A DNA stretch of 64,000 bases from an uncultured Actinomycetota bacterium (GTDB lineage: Bacteria > Actinomycetota > Actinomycetes > Propionibacteriales > Nocardioidaceae): assembly GCA_963727135.1 (NCBI GenBank), contig CAVSEX010000003.1, positions 430,349-494,348 on the forward strand. The letters are read 5' to 3'. The position numbers and the translations under genes are program-made. The stretch's first letter is position 1; every line of letters starts with the position of its first letter. Positions 42,208 through 51,824 of the stretch are shown piece by piece. Under the pieces are notes generated by a model. That model saw only the letters and a list, made by a program, of their open reading frames with translations. It was not told where the DNA came from and ran no database searches.

Positions 42208-42564
42208 ATGGGTGTGTCCAGCAAGTCCTTCGACGAACCAGACGAGCAGCGAACACCAGAGAAAACGACGGTCGACGTCGTCCGACTCTCCGGCGCCACT
42301 GTCGCCCGCACCACGTTCCAGCCGGGGTGGAAGTGGTCCGAGTGCATCAAGCCTGTCGTGGGAACCGACTCGTGCCAGGCCCGTCACGTGGGGACCTTGG
42401 TCTCCGGTGAGATGGAGGTCGAGCACGAGGACGGAAGCACCGCCCATCTCCATCCTGGCGTCGCCTACGTGATCGAACCGGGTCACGACGCATGGGTGGT
42501 CGGCGACGAGCCCGCCGTGGGCTTCGAGTTCGAGAGCGCCGAGACCTATGCGAAGGGCTCCTAG
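42208..42564 (+). CDS. Cupin domain protein
   Basis: ATG 42208 with CAGGAG upstream; 118 aa; ARHVGTLVSGEMEVEHEDGSTAHLHPGVAYVIEPGHDAWVVG beta-barrel pattern. Confidence 0.65.
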   Translation: MGVSSKSFDEPDEQRTPEKTTVDVVRLSGATVARTTFQPGWKWSECIKPVVGTDSCQARHVGTLVSGEMEVEHEDGSTAHLHPGVAYVIEPGHDAWVVGDEPAVGFEFESAETYAKGS

Positions 42565-42923
42565 GCCTGGGTTGGCTGAGCTTCTCGCTGCCCGGCCAGG
42601 CAGACCTGGCGGGCGATCAGGAACACGGGCAGCGCGACGCTGATCGCGACGGCGAACGTCAGGAGCACGTACACCCAGAGGAAGCGCATGCCCAGGCGGC
42701 GGCCCTCGGCGATCATGAAAACCAGTCCGATGGCGGCGACGGCCAGAAGGTCGATGACCGTGAACGTCGCCGCCGGATTCACGACGGTGTCGCTCAGCGC
42801 GTCCGCGAAACCGCTGCCCGTGTCTTGCGTCATGTGACGGACGAGGGCGATCTGCGTGCCGACCAGGGCGGCCAGTCCCAGGAGGGCATACACGGCGCAC
42901 AGAGCTTTGTCGGTGCTGGTCAG
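42561..42923 (-). CDS. DUF2834-like small integral membrane protein (start uncertain)
   Basis: Three or four hydrophobic helices (ALCAVYALLGLAALVG, FTVIDLLAVAAIGLVFMIA, FLWVYVLLTFAVAISVALPVFLIA). It must start downstream of the HNH stop at 42941. The nearest canonical start is GTG 42893. Confidence 0.45.
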   Translation of the reverse strand: MTSTDKALCAVYALLGLAALVGTQIALVRHMTQDTGSGFADALSDTVVNPAATFTVIDLLAVAAIGLVFMIAEGRRLGMRFLWVYVLLTFAVAISVALPVFLIARQVCLAGQREAQPTQA

Positions 42924-42940
42924 GCGGTGAATCGGGACTC

Positions 42941-43408
42941 CTAGGCGGGCTGCTCGACGGCCACTGGCGCGGCATAGCCCCAGGTGGATGGTGGCGCGGT
43001 GGGGCTGATGAGCAGCTTCATGCCCGCCTCGGCCGGGGTGCGGTTGCCCTTGCGGTGGTTGCACCGTAGGCAGGCAGCGACGGCGTTCTCCCACGTGAGC
43101 CCACCGCCTCGACTGCGCGGGAGGACATGGTCGACCGTCTCGGCGGTGCCGCCGCAGTAGGCGCACATGCGGTCGCGGGCCTTGATCGCCGACTTGGTGC
43201 ACAAGTGACCACGGCGGTGGCGCCATTTCGCGACGACGTACCGCACGAGTCGGAGCACCTTGGGCACCGGGAACGGGCCGAAGTTGCCGCCGGCTTCTTC
43301 CTCGACGACCGCCACTTCACGCACCAGCATCTTGATGGCATGGCGCAGCGAAACGCGTTGGAGAGGCTCGTAGCTCGCGTTGAGCACGAGGACATAGGCA
43401 TCCGACAT
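42941..43408 (-). CDS. HNH endonuclease
   Basis: [44 protein letters not shown]; ATG 43408 with GAAAGG upstream (track start GTG 43417). Confidence 0.85.
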   Translation of the reverse strand: MSDAYVLVLNASYEPLQRVSLRHAIKMLVREVAVVEEEAGGNFGPFPVPKVLRLVRYVVAKWRHRRGHLCTKSAIKARDRMCAYCGGTAETVDHVLPRSRGGGLTWENAVAACLRCNHRKGNRTPAEAGMKLLISPTAPPSTWGYAAPVAVEQPA

Positions 43409-43480
43409 CGGCCGCACCTTTCTGGCGAAAGCGTAGCGTCAGCGACCCCGACATCGTCCGCGATGTGCCGGAACGGCGGG

Positions 43481-43804
43481 TCAGATCACCCAGACGATTG
43501 CGGCCACGGTGGGCGTGAGAGCCAAGACGATCCAGGGCGGCGACCACAGCTTGGCGCCCAGGATGGTCCGCACCACCAAGTACACGAGAACGGCGAGGAT
43601 CGCGGACATCACGGTCAGGCCGATGGCGTCGCCGTGCCGTCCCTGCCCTTCGCGGATGTACGCAGCGGCGATGACGCCGAGCACCGCGTGCACCGCGACG
43701 GCGAAGAATCCGATCGCTCCAACACGGCGCTGCACCCGGTGCAACGAGGCCGCTTTGGCCGCTCGCCGCTCGTTGATGCTGCTCATCCGGGGGTCGTCGG
43801 CCAC
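43481..43804 (-). CDS. Small membrane protein, function unknown
   Basis: Three hydrophobic segments (AIGFFAVAVHAVLGVIAAAY, LTVMSAILAVLVYLVV, WIVLALTPTVAAIVWVI); divergent from the ATP-grasp gene. Confidence 0.45.
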   Translation of the reverse strand: MADDPRMSSINERRAAKAASLHRVQRRVGAIGFFAVAVHAVLGVIAAAYIREGQGRHGDAIGLTVMSAILAVLVYLVVRTILGAKLWSPPWIVLALTPTVAAIVWVI

Positions 43805-43841
43805 GAGGGCAGTCTCGCAGTTCCCGTCCTAGGGTGGGCGT

Positions 43842-45434
43842 GTGAGTGACGCGCATCTCTTCGAGGGCTACGGACCGGTGTCCGGGTTCGACGAGATGAT
43901 CGCTCACGACGGTGACGGCTCCCTGGTTCGCGACAACTACGCGCATGTGCACGCGTCCTTCCAGAAGATGGGTGACGACGAGGTGCGGCAGCGGGCCGAC
44001 GCGCTCGCCTCGTCCTATCTCGACCAAGGCATCACGTTCGGCGTCGAGGGCGAAGAACGGCCGTTCCCGCTCGACATCGTGCCGCGGCTGATCGAGGCCG
44101 AGCAGTGGGACCACGTCGAACAGGGCGTCCGGCAGCGGGTCCGTGCGCTCGAGGCATTCCTGGCTGACATCTACGGCCCGGCTGAGCTGTTCGCCGACGG
44201 AGTGATGCCGCGGTCGGTCGTGATGACGTCGCCGCACTTCCATCGCGTCGTCAGCGGCTTGGAGTCGCCCAACGGAGTGCGCATCCACGTCGCCGGCGTC
44301 GATCTGATCCGCGACGGCGAGGGCGACTTCCGGGTGCTGGAGGACAACGTCCGGGTGCCGTCCGGCGTCTCCTACGTGATGACCAACCGGCGGGCGCTCT
44401 CGGCCGCCCTGCCCGAGGTGTTCGCCGACCACCGCATCCGCCCGGTGTCGCAGTACTCGCAGGCGCTGCTCGCGGCGCTGCGCAAGTCCGCGCCGTCCGG
44501 CGTCAGCGACCCGACGGTCGTGGTGCTCACCCCCGGCGTCTACAACTCCGCCTACTTCGAGCACACGCTGCTGGCCCGAACCATGGGCGTCGAGCTCGTC
44601 GAGGGGCGCGACCTCGTGTGCCGCTCCGGCCGCGTGATGATGCGCACCACCCGCGGCCTCGAGCCAGTGCACGTCATCTACCGCCGCATCGACGACGAGT
44701 TCCTCGACCCCGTCCAGTTCCGTGCCGACTCCGCGCTCGGCGTGCCGGGCATCATCAACGCGGCGCGGGCCGGGCACGTCACCATCGCCAACGCGGTGGG
44801 CAACGGCGTGGCCGACGACAAGCTGCTCTACACCTACGTGCCCGACCTCGTGCGCTACTACCTGTCGGAAGAGCCGATCCTCCGCAACGTCGACACCTGG
44901 CGGATGGGCGACGCCGACCACCGCGAAGAGGTGCTGGACCGACTCGATGAGCTGGTGCTCAAGCCGGTCGACGGGTCGGGCGGCAAGGGCATCGTCATCG
45001 GTCCCGCCGCGGACGCCGCGGAGCTCGACGAGCTGCGAGGCAAGATCCTCGCCGACCCACGAGCCTGGATCGCCCAGCCGGTCGTCTCGCTGTCGACCGT
45101 GCCGACACTGGTCGAGAACGGCATCCGGCCACGCCACGTCGACCTGCGGCCGTTTGCCGTGCACGACGGCGACGACGTGTGGGTGCTGCCCGGCGGTCTG
45201 ACCCGGGTCGCGCTGCCCGAGGGCGAGCTGATCGTCAACTCCAGCCGCGGCGGCGGGTCCAAGGACACCTGGGTGATGGCCGGTGCAGCCGACGAGGCCG
45301 CCGAGCCGAGCCACGCGCCGCAGGCGACGCCGGTGGCCGGCCAGGCCCACCAGCAGATTCCCGACATGGATATTCGCCCGGGCCGCGGCATGGAACAGAA
45401 GCAACAGCAGCAGCAGACCGGGGGTGATCGCTGA
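43842..45434 (+). CDS. Circularly permuted type-2 ATP-grasp protein (DUF404/DUF407)
   Basis: 530 aa; ...RPFPLDIVPRLI...GDFRVLEDNVRVPSGVSYV...KPVDGSGGKGIVIGP...DLRPFAV..., as in the conserved ATP-grasp/alpha-E/transglutaminase operon. Confidence 0.85.
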   Translation: MSDAHLFEGYGPVSGFDEMIAHDGDGSLVRDNYAHVHASFQKMGDDEVRQRADALASSYLDQGITFGVEGEERPFPLDIVPRLIEAEQWDHVEQGVRQRVRALEAFLADIYGPAELFADGVMPRSVVMTSPHFHRVVSGLESPNGVRIHVAGVDLIRDGEGDFRVLEDNVRVPSGVSYVMTNRRALSAALPEVFADHRIRPVSQYSQALLAALRKSAPSGVSDPTVVVLTPGVYNSAYFEHTLLARTMGVELVEGRDLVCRSGRVMMRTTRGLEPVHVIYRRIDDEFLDPVQFRADSALGVPGIINAARAGHVTIANAVGNGVADDKLLYTYVPDLVRYYLSEEPILRNVDTWRMGDADHREEVLDRLDELVLKPVDGSGGKGIVIGPAADAAELDELRGKILADPRAWIAQPVVSLSTVPTLVENGIRPRHVDLRPFAVHDGDDVWVLPGGLTRVALPEGELIVNSSRGGGSKDTWVMAGAADEAAEPSHAPQATPVAGQAHQQIPDMDIRPGRGMEQKQQQQQTGGDR

Positions 45435-46360
45435 TGTTGAGCCGCATCGCCGAGTCGCTGTTCTGGATCGGCCGCTACCTCGAGCGGGCCGACGACACCG
45501 CGCGGATCCTCGACGTCCAGATGCAGGTGCTCGTCGAGGACCCCGGCATGGACGAGCGCACGTCCTGCGAGCAGCTGCTCAGCGTCATGGGGGTGGAGGA
45601 GTACGCCGGTACGCCGAACCGCTGGATGATCCTCGACCTGCTGGCGCACAACCCGGAGTCACCCACCTCGATCGCCGCGGCCATCGGCGCCGCTCGCGAG
45701 AGCTCGCGCCGGGCCCGCGAGACGCTGTCCACCGACATCTGGGCCGCCATCAACACCACGTGGCGCGGCCTGGGTACCGCGCGCTCGTTGCGTCCGCCGG
45801 ACATGTTCGCCTGGGTGCGCAACCGGATGGCCATGATCTCCGGCATCGCCGCCGAGACGATGTCGCGCGACGAGGGCTGGCAGTTCTACATGCTCGGCCG
45901 CAGCATCGAGCGCGCCGACATGACCGCCCGGCTGCTGTCGACAGCTGCGCTGGCGTCCGGACCCCAGGTGGCCTGGCCCACGACGCTGCGCGCGTGCGGC
46001 GCCTACGAGGCGTTCATCCGCGCCTACCGCGGCATCGAGGCCGATCGTCAGGCCGCCGAGTTCCTGCTGCTCGACCGCTGGTTCCCGCGCTCGATCGTGT
46101 CTTCGCTGGTCGAGGCCGAGAAGGCGCTCGGCAAGCTGGCCAACGTCGGCCCGCGGTCCGGCTTCAGCGACGAGGCGCAGCGACTTCTCGGCCGGGCTCG
46201 CACCGAGCTGGAGTACCGGCCGCTCGAGGAGCTCGTGTTCGACCTCCCGGTCGAGATGGAGCGGCTGCAGCGCAGCTGCGCGGCGGCCAGCGCGGCGGTC
46301 AGCAACCGCTACTTCGCCGACCAGGACCTCTATGAATGGACGGGCGGTGTCGTTTTGTGA
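45434..46360 (+). CDS. Alpha-E domain protein (DUF403)
   Basis: MLSRIAESLFWIGRYLERADDTARILDV...FYMLGRSIERADMTARLL; TGATG 1-nt overlap with the ATP-grasp stop. Confidence 0.85.
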   Translation: MLSRIAESLFWIGRYLERADDTARILDVQMQVLVEDPGMDERTSCEQLLSVMGVEEYAGTPNRWMILDLLAHNPESPTSIAAAIGAARESSRRARETLSTDIWAAINTTWRGLGTARSLRPPDMFAWVRNRMAMISGIAAETMSRDEGWQFYMLGRSIERADMTARLLSTAALASGPQVAWPTTLRACGAYEAFIRAYRGIEADRQAAEFLLLDRWFPRSIVSSLVEAEKALGKLANVGPRSGFSDEAQRLLGRARTELEYRPLEELVFDLPVEMERLQRSCAAASAAVSNRYFADQDLYEWTGGVVL

Positions 46361-46457
46361 GGCACCCCACGAAACCGCTCGCAAGGCTCGCGCTTTCGCG
46401 GGGACCCCGCCGCCCCGAGCCTCAGTCACGACCCCTTGCCCTACGAGGTGGGCCGCC

Positions 46458-47297
46458 ATGAGCATGCAATTGCGCATCAAGCACGTCACCGGCTACCGCT
46501 ACGAGACCGGCGCGGTCGCCTCGTTCAACGAGGCGCGCATGACGCCACTCACGACGCCCGACCAGATGGTGCTTCGTTCGCGACTGGAGATCACGCCCAC
46601 CCCGTGGGCGTCGGAGTACCGCGACTACTGGGGCTCGACGGTCACCGCCTTCGAGGTCAACGAGCCGCACGTCGAGCTCACCGTCGTCGCCACCTCCATC
46701 GTCGAGACCAACCCGGCCGAGTCCGAGCTGGAGCGCCGGCCGTGGGGGGCGCTCGACGCCGTGCAGGACGAGTGGTGCGAGTTCCTGGAGATCTCGCACT
46801 GGGTGGCGCCGTCACCAGCCCTGCTCGCGGATCTGGCACCGATCCGAGCCGACGCGGCGACGCCGACGGACTACGCCTTGGCGGTGTGCTCCTTCCTGCA
46901 CGACAACATCCGCTACGTCGAGGGCGCCACCGAGGTCACCACAGACGCCGCGGACGCTTGGGAGGGCAAGTCGGGCGTCTGCCAGGACTTCGCCCACCTC
47001 GCGCTGGGCGCGCTGCGCGAGGCGCGCATCCCGGCCCGCTACGTGTCCGGCTACTTGCACCCGTCCACCGACCCGGTCGTCGGCGAGGAGGTCACCGGAG
47101 AGTCGCACGCGTGGATCGAGTGGTGGGACGGCGAGTGGGTCGGCTTCGACCCAACCAACGCCCGGCCCGCCGGCGAGCAACACGTGCTCGTGGCCCGCGG
47201 CCGCGACTACGAGGACGTCCCGCCGCTGCGCGGCATCTACTCCACCCGCGGTGACTCGGTGCTGTTCGTCGACGTCGAGATCACCCGCTTGCGCTGA
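46458..47297 (+). CDS. Transglutaminase-like cysteine peptidase family protein
   Basis: ATG 46458, in frame in track ORF 46332..47297. N-terminal Bact_transglu_N-like MQLRIKHVTGYRYE. Cys-His-Asp candidates in GVCQDFAHL, ESHAWIEWW, GFDPTN. Confidence 0.85.
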   Translation: MSMQLRIKHVTGYRYETGAVASFNEARMTPLTTPDQMVLRSRLEITPTPWASEYRDYWGSTVTAFEVNEPHVELTVVATSIVETNPAESELERRPWGALDAVQDEWCEFLEISHWVAPSPALLADLAPIRADAATPTDYALAVCSFLHDNIRYVEGATEVTTDAADAWEGKSGVCQDFAHLALGALREARIPARYVSGYLHPSTDPVVGEEVTGESHAWIEWWDGEWVGFDPTNARPAGEQHVLVARGRDYEDVPPLRGIYSTRGDSVLFVDVEITRLR

Positions 47298-48852
47298 TCC
47301 GTCCATCGTGTGGGCTGTTGAGGACGGCGACCTCCGTCGGTTCGGAGCGTCCCCGCAACGTCCGCGCCTCATCGGGCTGCCAATGAGTCTGCTCGTGTTC
47401 GGCCGCGCCTTCGACCGTCGCCCACGCGACCAGGACGCGTCCCGGCACCTGCTTGGAGAGGTCGGTCAGGCGGGCCGCCGAGTTCACGGCATCTCCGATC
47501 ACGGTGTACTCGAATCGCGACGTGTCGCCGATGTTGCCGGCCACGGCCTCGCCGGTGGCCACGCCGATGCCGGCGCCGATCTCGGAGACCTCCTCGGTCA
47601 ACCGGTGCGCCATGGACCGTGCCGCCGCCAAGGCCTGGGTCGCATGGTCGGGCAGGTCCACCGGAGCGCCGAAGATCGCCAGCACAGCGTCACCCATGAA
47701 CTTGTTGACCAGGCCGTGGTGCCGGTCCACCTCTTCCACGACCACGGTGAAGAAGCGGTTCAGGACGGCGACCACCTCGGCTGGGTCGTGCTCGGTCGCG
47801 TAGGTCGTCGAGCCGACGAGATCGATCATGAGCACGCTCACAACCCGCGTCTCCCCACCCAGGCGGATCTCGCCCCGCTCAGCGGCGGCAGCCACCTCGC
47901 GGCCGACCTGGCGACCGAACAGGTCCCGGACGGCCTCGCGCTCCCGGAGCCCTTGGGCCATGTCGTTGAATCCGGCCTGGAGCAGGCCAAGCTCAGTGCC
48001 GTCGTAGACGACGACGTCGACGTCAAAATCGCCGTGCCCGACCTTCGTCAGTGCCTGGCGGACTGAATCGATCGGCGCCACGACGGCGCGTGCGGTGAGC
48101 GCGGTCACCAGCAGCCCGAACAGCAGGATCACTCCGGTCAGGCCGAGCACGACGACGGCCAGCTGCGTCGGCGACGAGTTCGGATGCACGAGTGCGATGA
48201 CGGCAGCGAGGACGAGGCCGAGCGTGGGGGCGGCAGTGCCGATCGACCAGAAGCCGAGCATGCGCCCGCGAACGCCGAGGCCCTGCGGGCGGAGGTCGGG
48301 CCCGGACTGGCCGGCCAAGGCCCGGGCGGAGACGGGCCGCAAGACGAACTCTGCGAACAGGTAGGCGATAGTGCTGACAACGAGGCCGGCGATCACGATC
48401 GCCGCCGAGGTGCTCAGGGCCGCGGCCGGCTGGAGCACGACGGCGAGGGGCGTGAAAACGGTCAGCGCAAGGGCCCACAGCATCAGCTGCATGACGCTGA
48501 GGCGCCATGGCAGCTGGAGCGCGCGCTTCCGATCTTGCTCGGTGGGCTCTCGACCTGCGGTCACCCACCGCAGGGCTCGCATCGTGCGCAGGGTGCCGTA
48601 GGTGGCACCGAACACGACGGCCACCAGAACGTAGACGGGAATCGCTATGAGCAGGGCGAACGTCATGGTGCGGTTCGGTGCGGCTCCGGGGATGATCACG
48701 AGCGAGAGGGCGGCTACGACAGCCGCGCCGATGACATTGGTCGTGATGAGCAGCGTCGTGAGCAGGAGCTGGACCCGGACCCGCAGCTGCTGGGGCGTCT
48801 GGTCGACAGGGCCCAGCAACCATGAGCCGAACGCCGCTCGCCGACTCGCCAT
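47281..48852 (-). CDS. Membrane adenylate/guanylate cyclase (6TM-HAMP-class III cyclase)
   Basis: Six N-terminal helices; HAMP (VAPIDSVRQALTKVGHGDFDV); cyclase core VSVLMIDLVGST...FMGDAVLAIFGAP...GNIGD..RFEYTVIGDAVNSAARL. Confidence 0.85.
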   Translation of the reverse strand: MASRRAAFGSWLLGPVDQTPQQLRVRVQLLLTTLLITTNVIGAAVVAALSLVIIPGAAPNRTMTFALLIAIPVYVLVAVVFGATYGTLRTMRALRWVTAGREPTEQDRKRALQLPWRLSVMQLMLWALALTVFTPLAVVLQPAAALSTSAAIVIAGLVVSTIAYLFAEFVLRPVSARALAGQSGPDLRPQGLGVRGRMLGFWSIGTAAPTLGLVLAAVIALVHPNSSPTQLAVVVLGLTGVILLFGLLVTALTARAVVAPIDSVRQALTKVGHGDFDVDVVVYDGTELGLLQAGFNDMAQGLREREAVRDLFGRQVGREVAAAAERGEIRLGGETRVVSVLMIDLVGSTTYATEHDPAEVVAVLNRFFTVVVEEVDRHHGLVNKFMGDAVLAIFGAPVDLPDHATQALAAARSMAHRLTEEVSEIGAGIGVATGEAVAGNIGDTSRFEYTVIGDAVNSAARLTDLSKQVPGRVLVAWATVEGAAEHEQTHWQPDEARTLRGRSEPTEVAVLNSPHDGRISASG

Positions 48853-48963
48853 CGCCGCCTCGCTCTGACAGGACCGGTGGGATTCGGTCGCAGCCCGACA
48901 TTAGCCCACGTCCGACCTCGCCCTCGGGTGCTGGTCGTGCAATCAGTGAGTAGCGTCGTTGGC

Positions 48964-50031
48964 ATGACGTCCGATGCCTACTACGCCCAACCCGTGGCCG
49001 AGACCCACCGCCCATACGTCGCGGCGGAGGACCGGTACCAGCACCTCGAGTACCGGCGGGTTGGTGACTCCGGGCTGTTGCTGCCGCCGTTGTCGCTTGG
49101 CCTCTGGTACAACTTCGGCGACAACAGGCCATTCGACACGCAGCGTGAGGTGCTGCGGCACGCGTTCGACCGTGGGATCACCCACTTCGACCTCGCGAAC
49201 AACTACGGGCCTCCGTACGGCTCGGCCGAGGAGAACTTCGGCCGCATGATGCGCACCGACTTCGCGCCGTATCGCGACGAGATGGTCATCTCCACCAAGG
49301 CCGGCTGGGACATGTGGCCCGGCCCGTACGGCAACGCCGGCTCGCGCAAGTACGTCCTGTCCAGCCTTGATGCCTCGCTCGCACGGATGAGCCTCGACCA
49401 CGTCGACCTCTTCTACTCGCACCGCTTCGACCCGGACACCCCGGTCGCCGAGACGATCGCGGCGCTCGACACCGCGGTCCGCATGGGCAAGGCCACGTAC
49501 GTGGGCATCTCGTCGTACTCACCGGAGCGCACGGAGGAAGCGATCGCCATCGCGAAAGATCTGGGCACGCCGCTCGTCATCCACCAGCCGGCCTACTCGA
49601 TGCTCAACCGCTGGGTCGAGCGCGGCCTGCTCACGGTGCTGGCGGAGCACGGCATGGGCTCGATCGCCTTCACGGTGCTCGCCCAGGGCCTGTTGTCGGA
49701 TCGCTACCTCGGCGACGAGCCCACTCGGGTCTCGGACCGTCCGACGTTCGACCAGAACCTCGTGAACGACGACAACCGCGAGCGGTTGCGCGGACTCAAC
49801 GCGATCGCCGAGGCGCGCGGGCAGACGCTCGCGCAGATGGCGCTCGCGTGGGTCCTGCGCCCGGGCGGCGTCACGTCGGCGCTCATCGGCGTCTCCTCGG
49901 TGGAGCAGCTCGACGAGAACCTGAAGGCCGCCGAGAACACGAGCTTCAGCGACGGCGAGCTTGCCGAGATCGACAAGCTGGCCGGCGAGCCGGACGGCGT
50001 CAACCTCTGGTCGGTCTCCTCCGACGCTTAG
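48964..50031 (+). CDS. Aldo/keto reductase (L-glyceraldehyde-3-phosphate reductase-like)
   Basis: ATG 48964, in frame in track ORF 48877..50031; LEYRRVGDSGLLLPPLSLGLWYNFG, ITHFDLANNYGPPYGSAEENFG, LFYSHRFD. Confidence 0.85.
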   Translation: MTSDAYYAQPVAETHRPYVAAEDRYQHLEYRRVGDSGLLLPPLSLGLWYNFGDNRPFDTQREVLRHAFDRGITHFDLANNYGPPYGSAEENFGRMMRTDFAPYRDEMVISTKAGWDMWPGPYGNAGSRKYVLSSLDASLARMSLDHVDLFYSHRFDPDTPVAETIAALDTAVRMGKATYVGISSYSPERTEEAIAIAKDLGTPLVIHQPAYSMLNRWVERGLLTVLAEHGMGSIAFTVLAQGLLSDRYLGDEPTRVSDRPTFDQNLVNDDNRERLRGLNAIAEARGQTLAQMALAWVLRPGGVTSALIGVSSVEQLDENLKAAENTSFSDGELAEIDKLAGEPDGVNLWSVSSDA

Positions 50032-50570
50032 ACGGAAGCGCGCTGGCGGCGGGAGAGTTCCTCCGGCGTCAGCGGCACGACATCGAGAAGCGTCGCCGGG
50101 CCGACTCGCAGGACGCCGTCGTGCAGCGGCTCGGTGCGGATGCCGGCGTGGCCGCGCAGTGCCTCGTGGGCGCCTTCGGCGAACGCGACGTTCATCCAGG
50201 CGCACGGGTTGGCCCGCGTCAGGGCACGGAACGCGATGGGCCCGCTGCCGGTGTCGATGGTGAAGGTGGTGTGAACCAGCGACTCGACGTCGAGCCCGCG
50301 GGTGACGACGTTGCGGCGGGCGAGCGCGGGGTCGAACGGTCCGGTTCCCAGCTCACCCTCGAGCTGGTCGATCGACTCCGCCGCCAGGAACGTCACGGCG
50401 GCGAACTGGTGCTTGGTGCCGAAGTACCGGTCGCCGACCAAGCCCTGGTGCGCCCGCACCGGAACCGCGTCGACCGTCTCCTGGCCGTAGTACGGACGCG
50501 GCCCGTCGTGCGGTCGCCCGTCGTACCGGCTGACCGGCGAGACCACCAGCGTCACGATCTCGAAGTCCAC
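50028..50570 (-). CDS. MOSC domain protein
   Basis: 180 aa; VRAHQGLVGDRYFG...RRNVVTRGLD pattern of MOSC domains. Confidence 0.7.
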   Translation of the reverse strand: MDFEIVTLVVSPVSRYDGRPHDGPRPYYGQETVDAVPVRAHQGLVGDRYFGTKHQFAAVTFLAAESIDQLEGELGTGPFDPALARRNVVTRGLDVESLVHTTFTIDTGSGPIAFRALTRANPCAWMNVAFAEGAHEALRGHAGIRTEPLHDGVLRVGPATLLDVVPLTPEELSRRQRASV

Positions 50571-50768
50571 GTTCTGAGCCTAGGGCACGCCTCCCTGCTC
50601 CGATCCGGGTTCGCGCGGCGTCGCATCTCGCCTGGCGGCGTTATCGTCGGTCGCCGCACCACCCCGGTGCGCCTCCCTCCTCTGCCTTGCCAGCCGAGCG
50701 CGACACCACGCGCACCTCGAACCGGAACAGGGAGACGCACCCAACCGCGCGTCCGGCAGACTCGGCGC

Positions 50769-51329
50769 ATGACCACGACGCCGCCAGACCGCCCCTACTC
50801 CGACATGTGGGTCGATCCGGAGGACGACCCGCGTGACACCGGCACCGCCGCGAAGGGCGAGAAGGCCGTCGTGCTCGAGTACCTCGACTTCTACCGCAAG
50901 ACCCTGGAGCTGAAGTGCTCCGACCTCGATGCCGAGCAGATGGCGCGCCGGTCGGTGCCGCCCTCGACGCTGTCGCTGCTCGGACTGGTCCGTCACCTCG
51001 CCAAGGTCGAGCACAGCTGGTTCCGGCGGGTGCTGTCGGAGCAGCCGGACCTGCCCCGTCTCTTCTCGAGTGCCGACGACCGCGACCACGACTTCAACGG
51101 CGCCGTGGCCGACGACGCGGTGGTCGCGGAAGCGTGGGAGGCATGGAACGGCGAAGTGGCCAACGCCCGTGAGGTCGTCGACGCTCTCGACTTCGGCGAC
51201 ACGGTGACGCACGACGGCGAGCCCACCGAGGTGCGCGACATCGTCGTGCACATGGTCGAGGAGTACGCCCGCCACCTCGGTCACGCCGACCTGCTGAGGG
51301 AGTGCATCGACGGCCGCACTGGCCAGTAG
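50769..51329 (+). CDS. DinB/DUF664 family protein
   Basis: ATG 50769, in frame in track ORF 49848..51329. LEYLDFYRKTLELKCSDLDAEQMARRSVPPSTLSLLGLVRHLAKVEHSWF...EEYARHLGHADLLRECIDG (His-containing DinB helices). Confidence 0.75.
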   Translation: MTTTPPDRPYSDMWVDPEDDPRDTGTAAKGEKAVVLEYLDFYRKTLELKCSDLDAEQMARRSVPPSTLSLLGLVRHLAKVEHSWFRRVLSEQPDLPRLFSSADDRDHDFNGAVADDAVVAEAWEAWNGEVANAREVVDALDFGDTVTHDGEPTEVRDIVVHMVEEYARHLGHADLLRECIDGRTGQ

Positions 51330-51365
51330 GGCGGATTTGGACCGGAGGTCCGGCCCCGGATAGAC

Positions 51366-51417
51366 TCGCCCGGTTGCCCGCAACGGGCGACTCTCTCCTG
51401 CTACGGATGGTCCGTAG
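51366..51417 (+). promoter_or_regulatory. Structured 5' leader of rpsF (two stem-loops); possible S6:S18 autoregulatory element
   Basis: Hairpin A 51366-51390 (TCGCCCGGTTGC..GCAACGGGCGA, one bulge). Hairpin B 51401-51417 (CTACGGA-TGG-TCCGTAG, perfect 7 bp). AAGGAGG lies 7 nt before the TTG start. Confidence 0.3.
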
Positions 51418-51443
51418 CCGTTCAGACCGAAGGAGGGCGCACC

Positions 51444-51740
51444 TTGTCGTTGCGTCAGTACGAAGTCATGGTCATCCTCGACGGGGACCTCGAAGAGCGC
51501 ACGGTCGCTCCGAGCCTCGACACCTACCTCAACGTGGTCCGTCAGGACGGCGGGAGCGTCGAGAACGTCGACATCTGGGGCAAGCGCCGCTTCGCCTATG
51601 AGATCAACAAGAAGACCGAGGGCATCTACGCCGTCATCGATCTCCACGCCGAGCCGGCCACGGTCAAGGAACTCGACCGCCAGCTTTCGCTGAACGAGTC
51701 GGTCGTCCGCACCAAGGTCACCCGCCCCGACGTCAAGTAA
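51444..51740 (+). CDS. rpsF: 30S ribosomal protein S6
   Basis: TTG start; [16 protein letters not shown]...[21 protein letters not shown]. Confidence 0.92.
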   Translation: MSLRQYEVMVILDGDLEERTVAPSLDTYLNVVRQDGGSVENVDIWGKRRFAYEINKKTEGIYAVIDLHAEPATVKELDRQLSLNESVVRTKVTRPDVK

Positions 51741-51824
51741 CCCGCGTGTGGACGGGCCCTCGCGCTTGTCCTGACCGTGCGGTTCACTGGAGCCACTACC
51801 CGAAACCACCCGAAAGGTCGCGCC

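Noticed and set aside
43317-45404. 695-aa minus-strand ORF opposite the ATP-grasp gene
   Set aside because: Antisense shadow. The plus-strand product matches a conserved family and is translationally coupled to the next gene.
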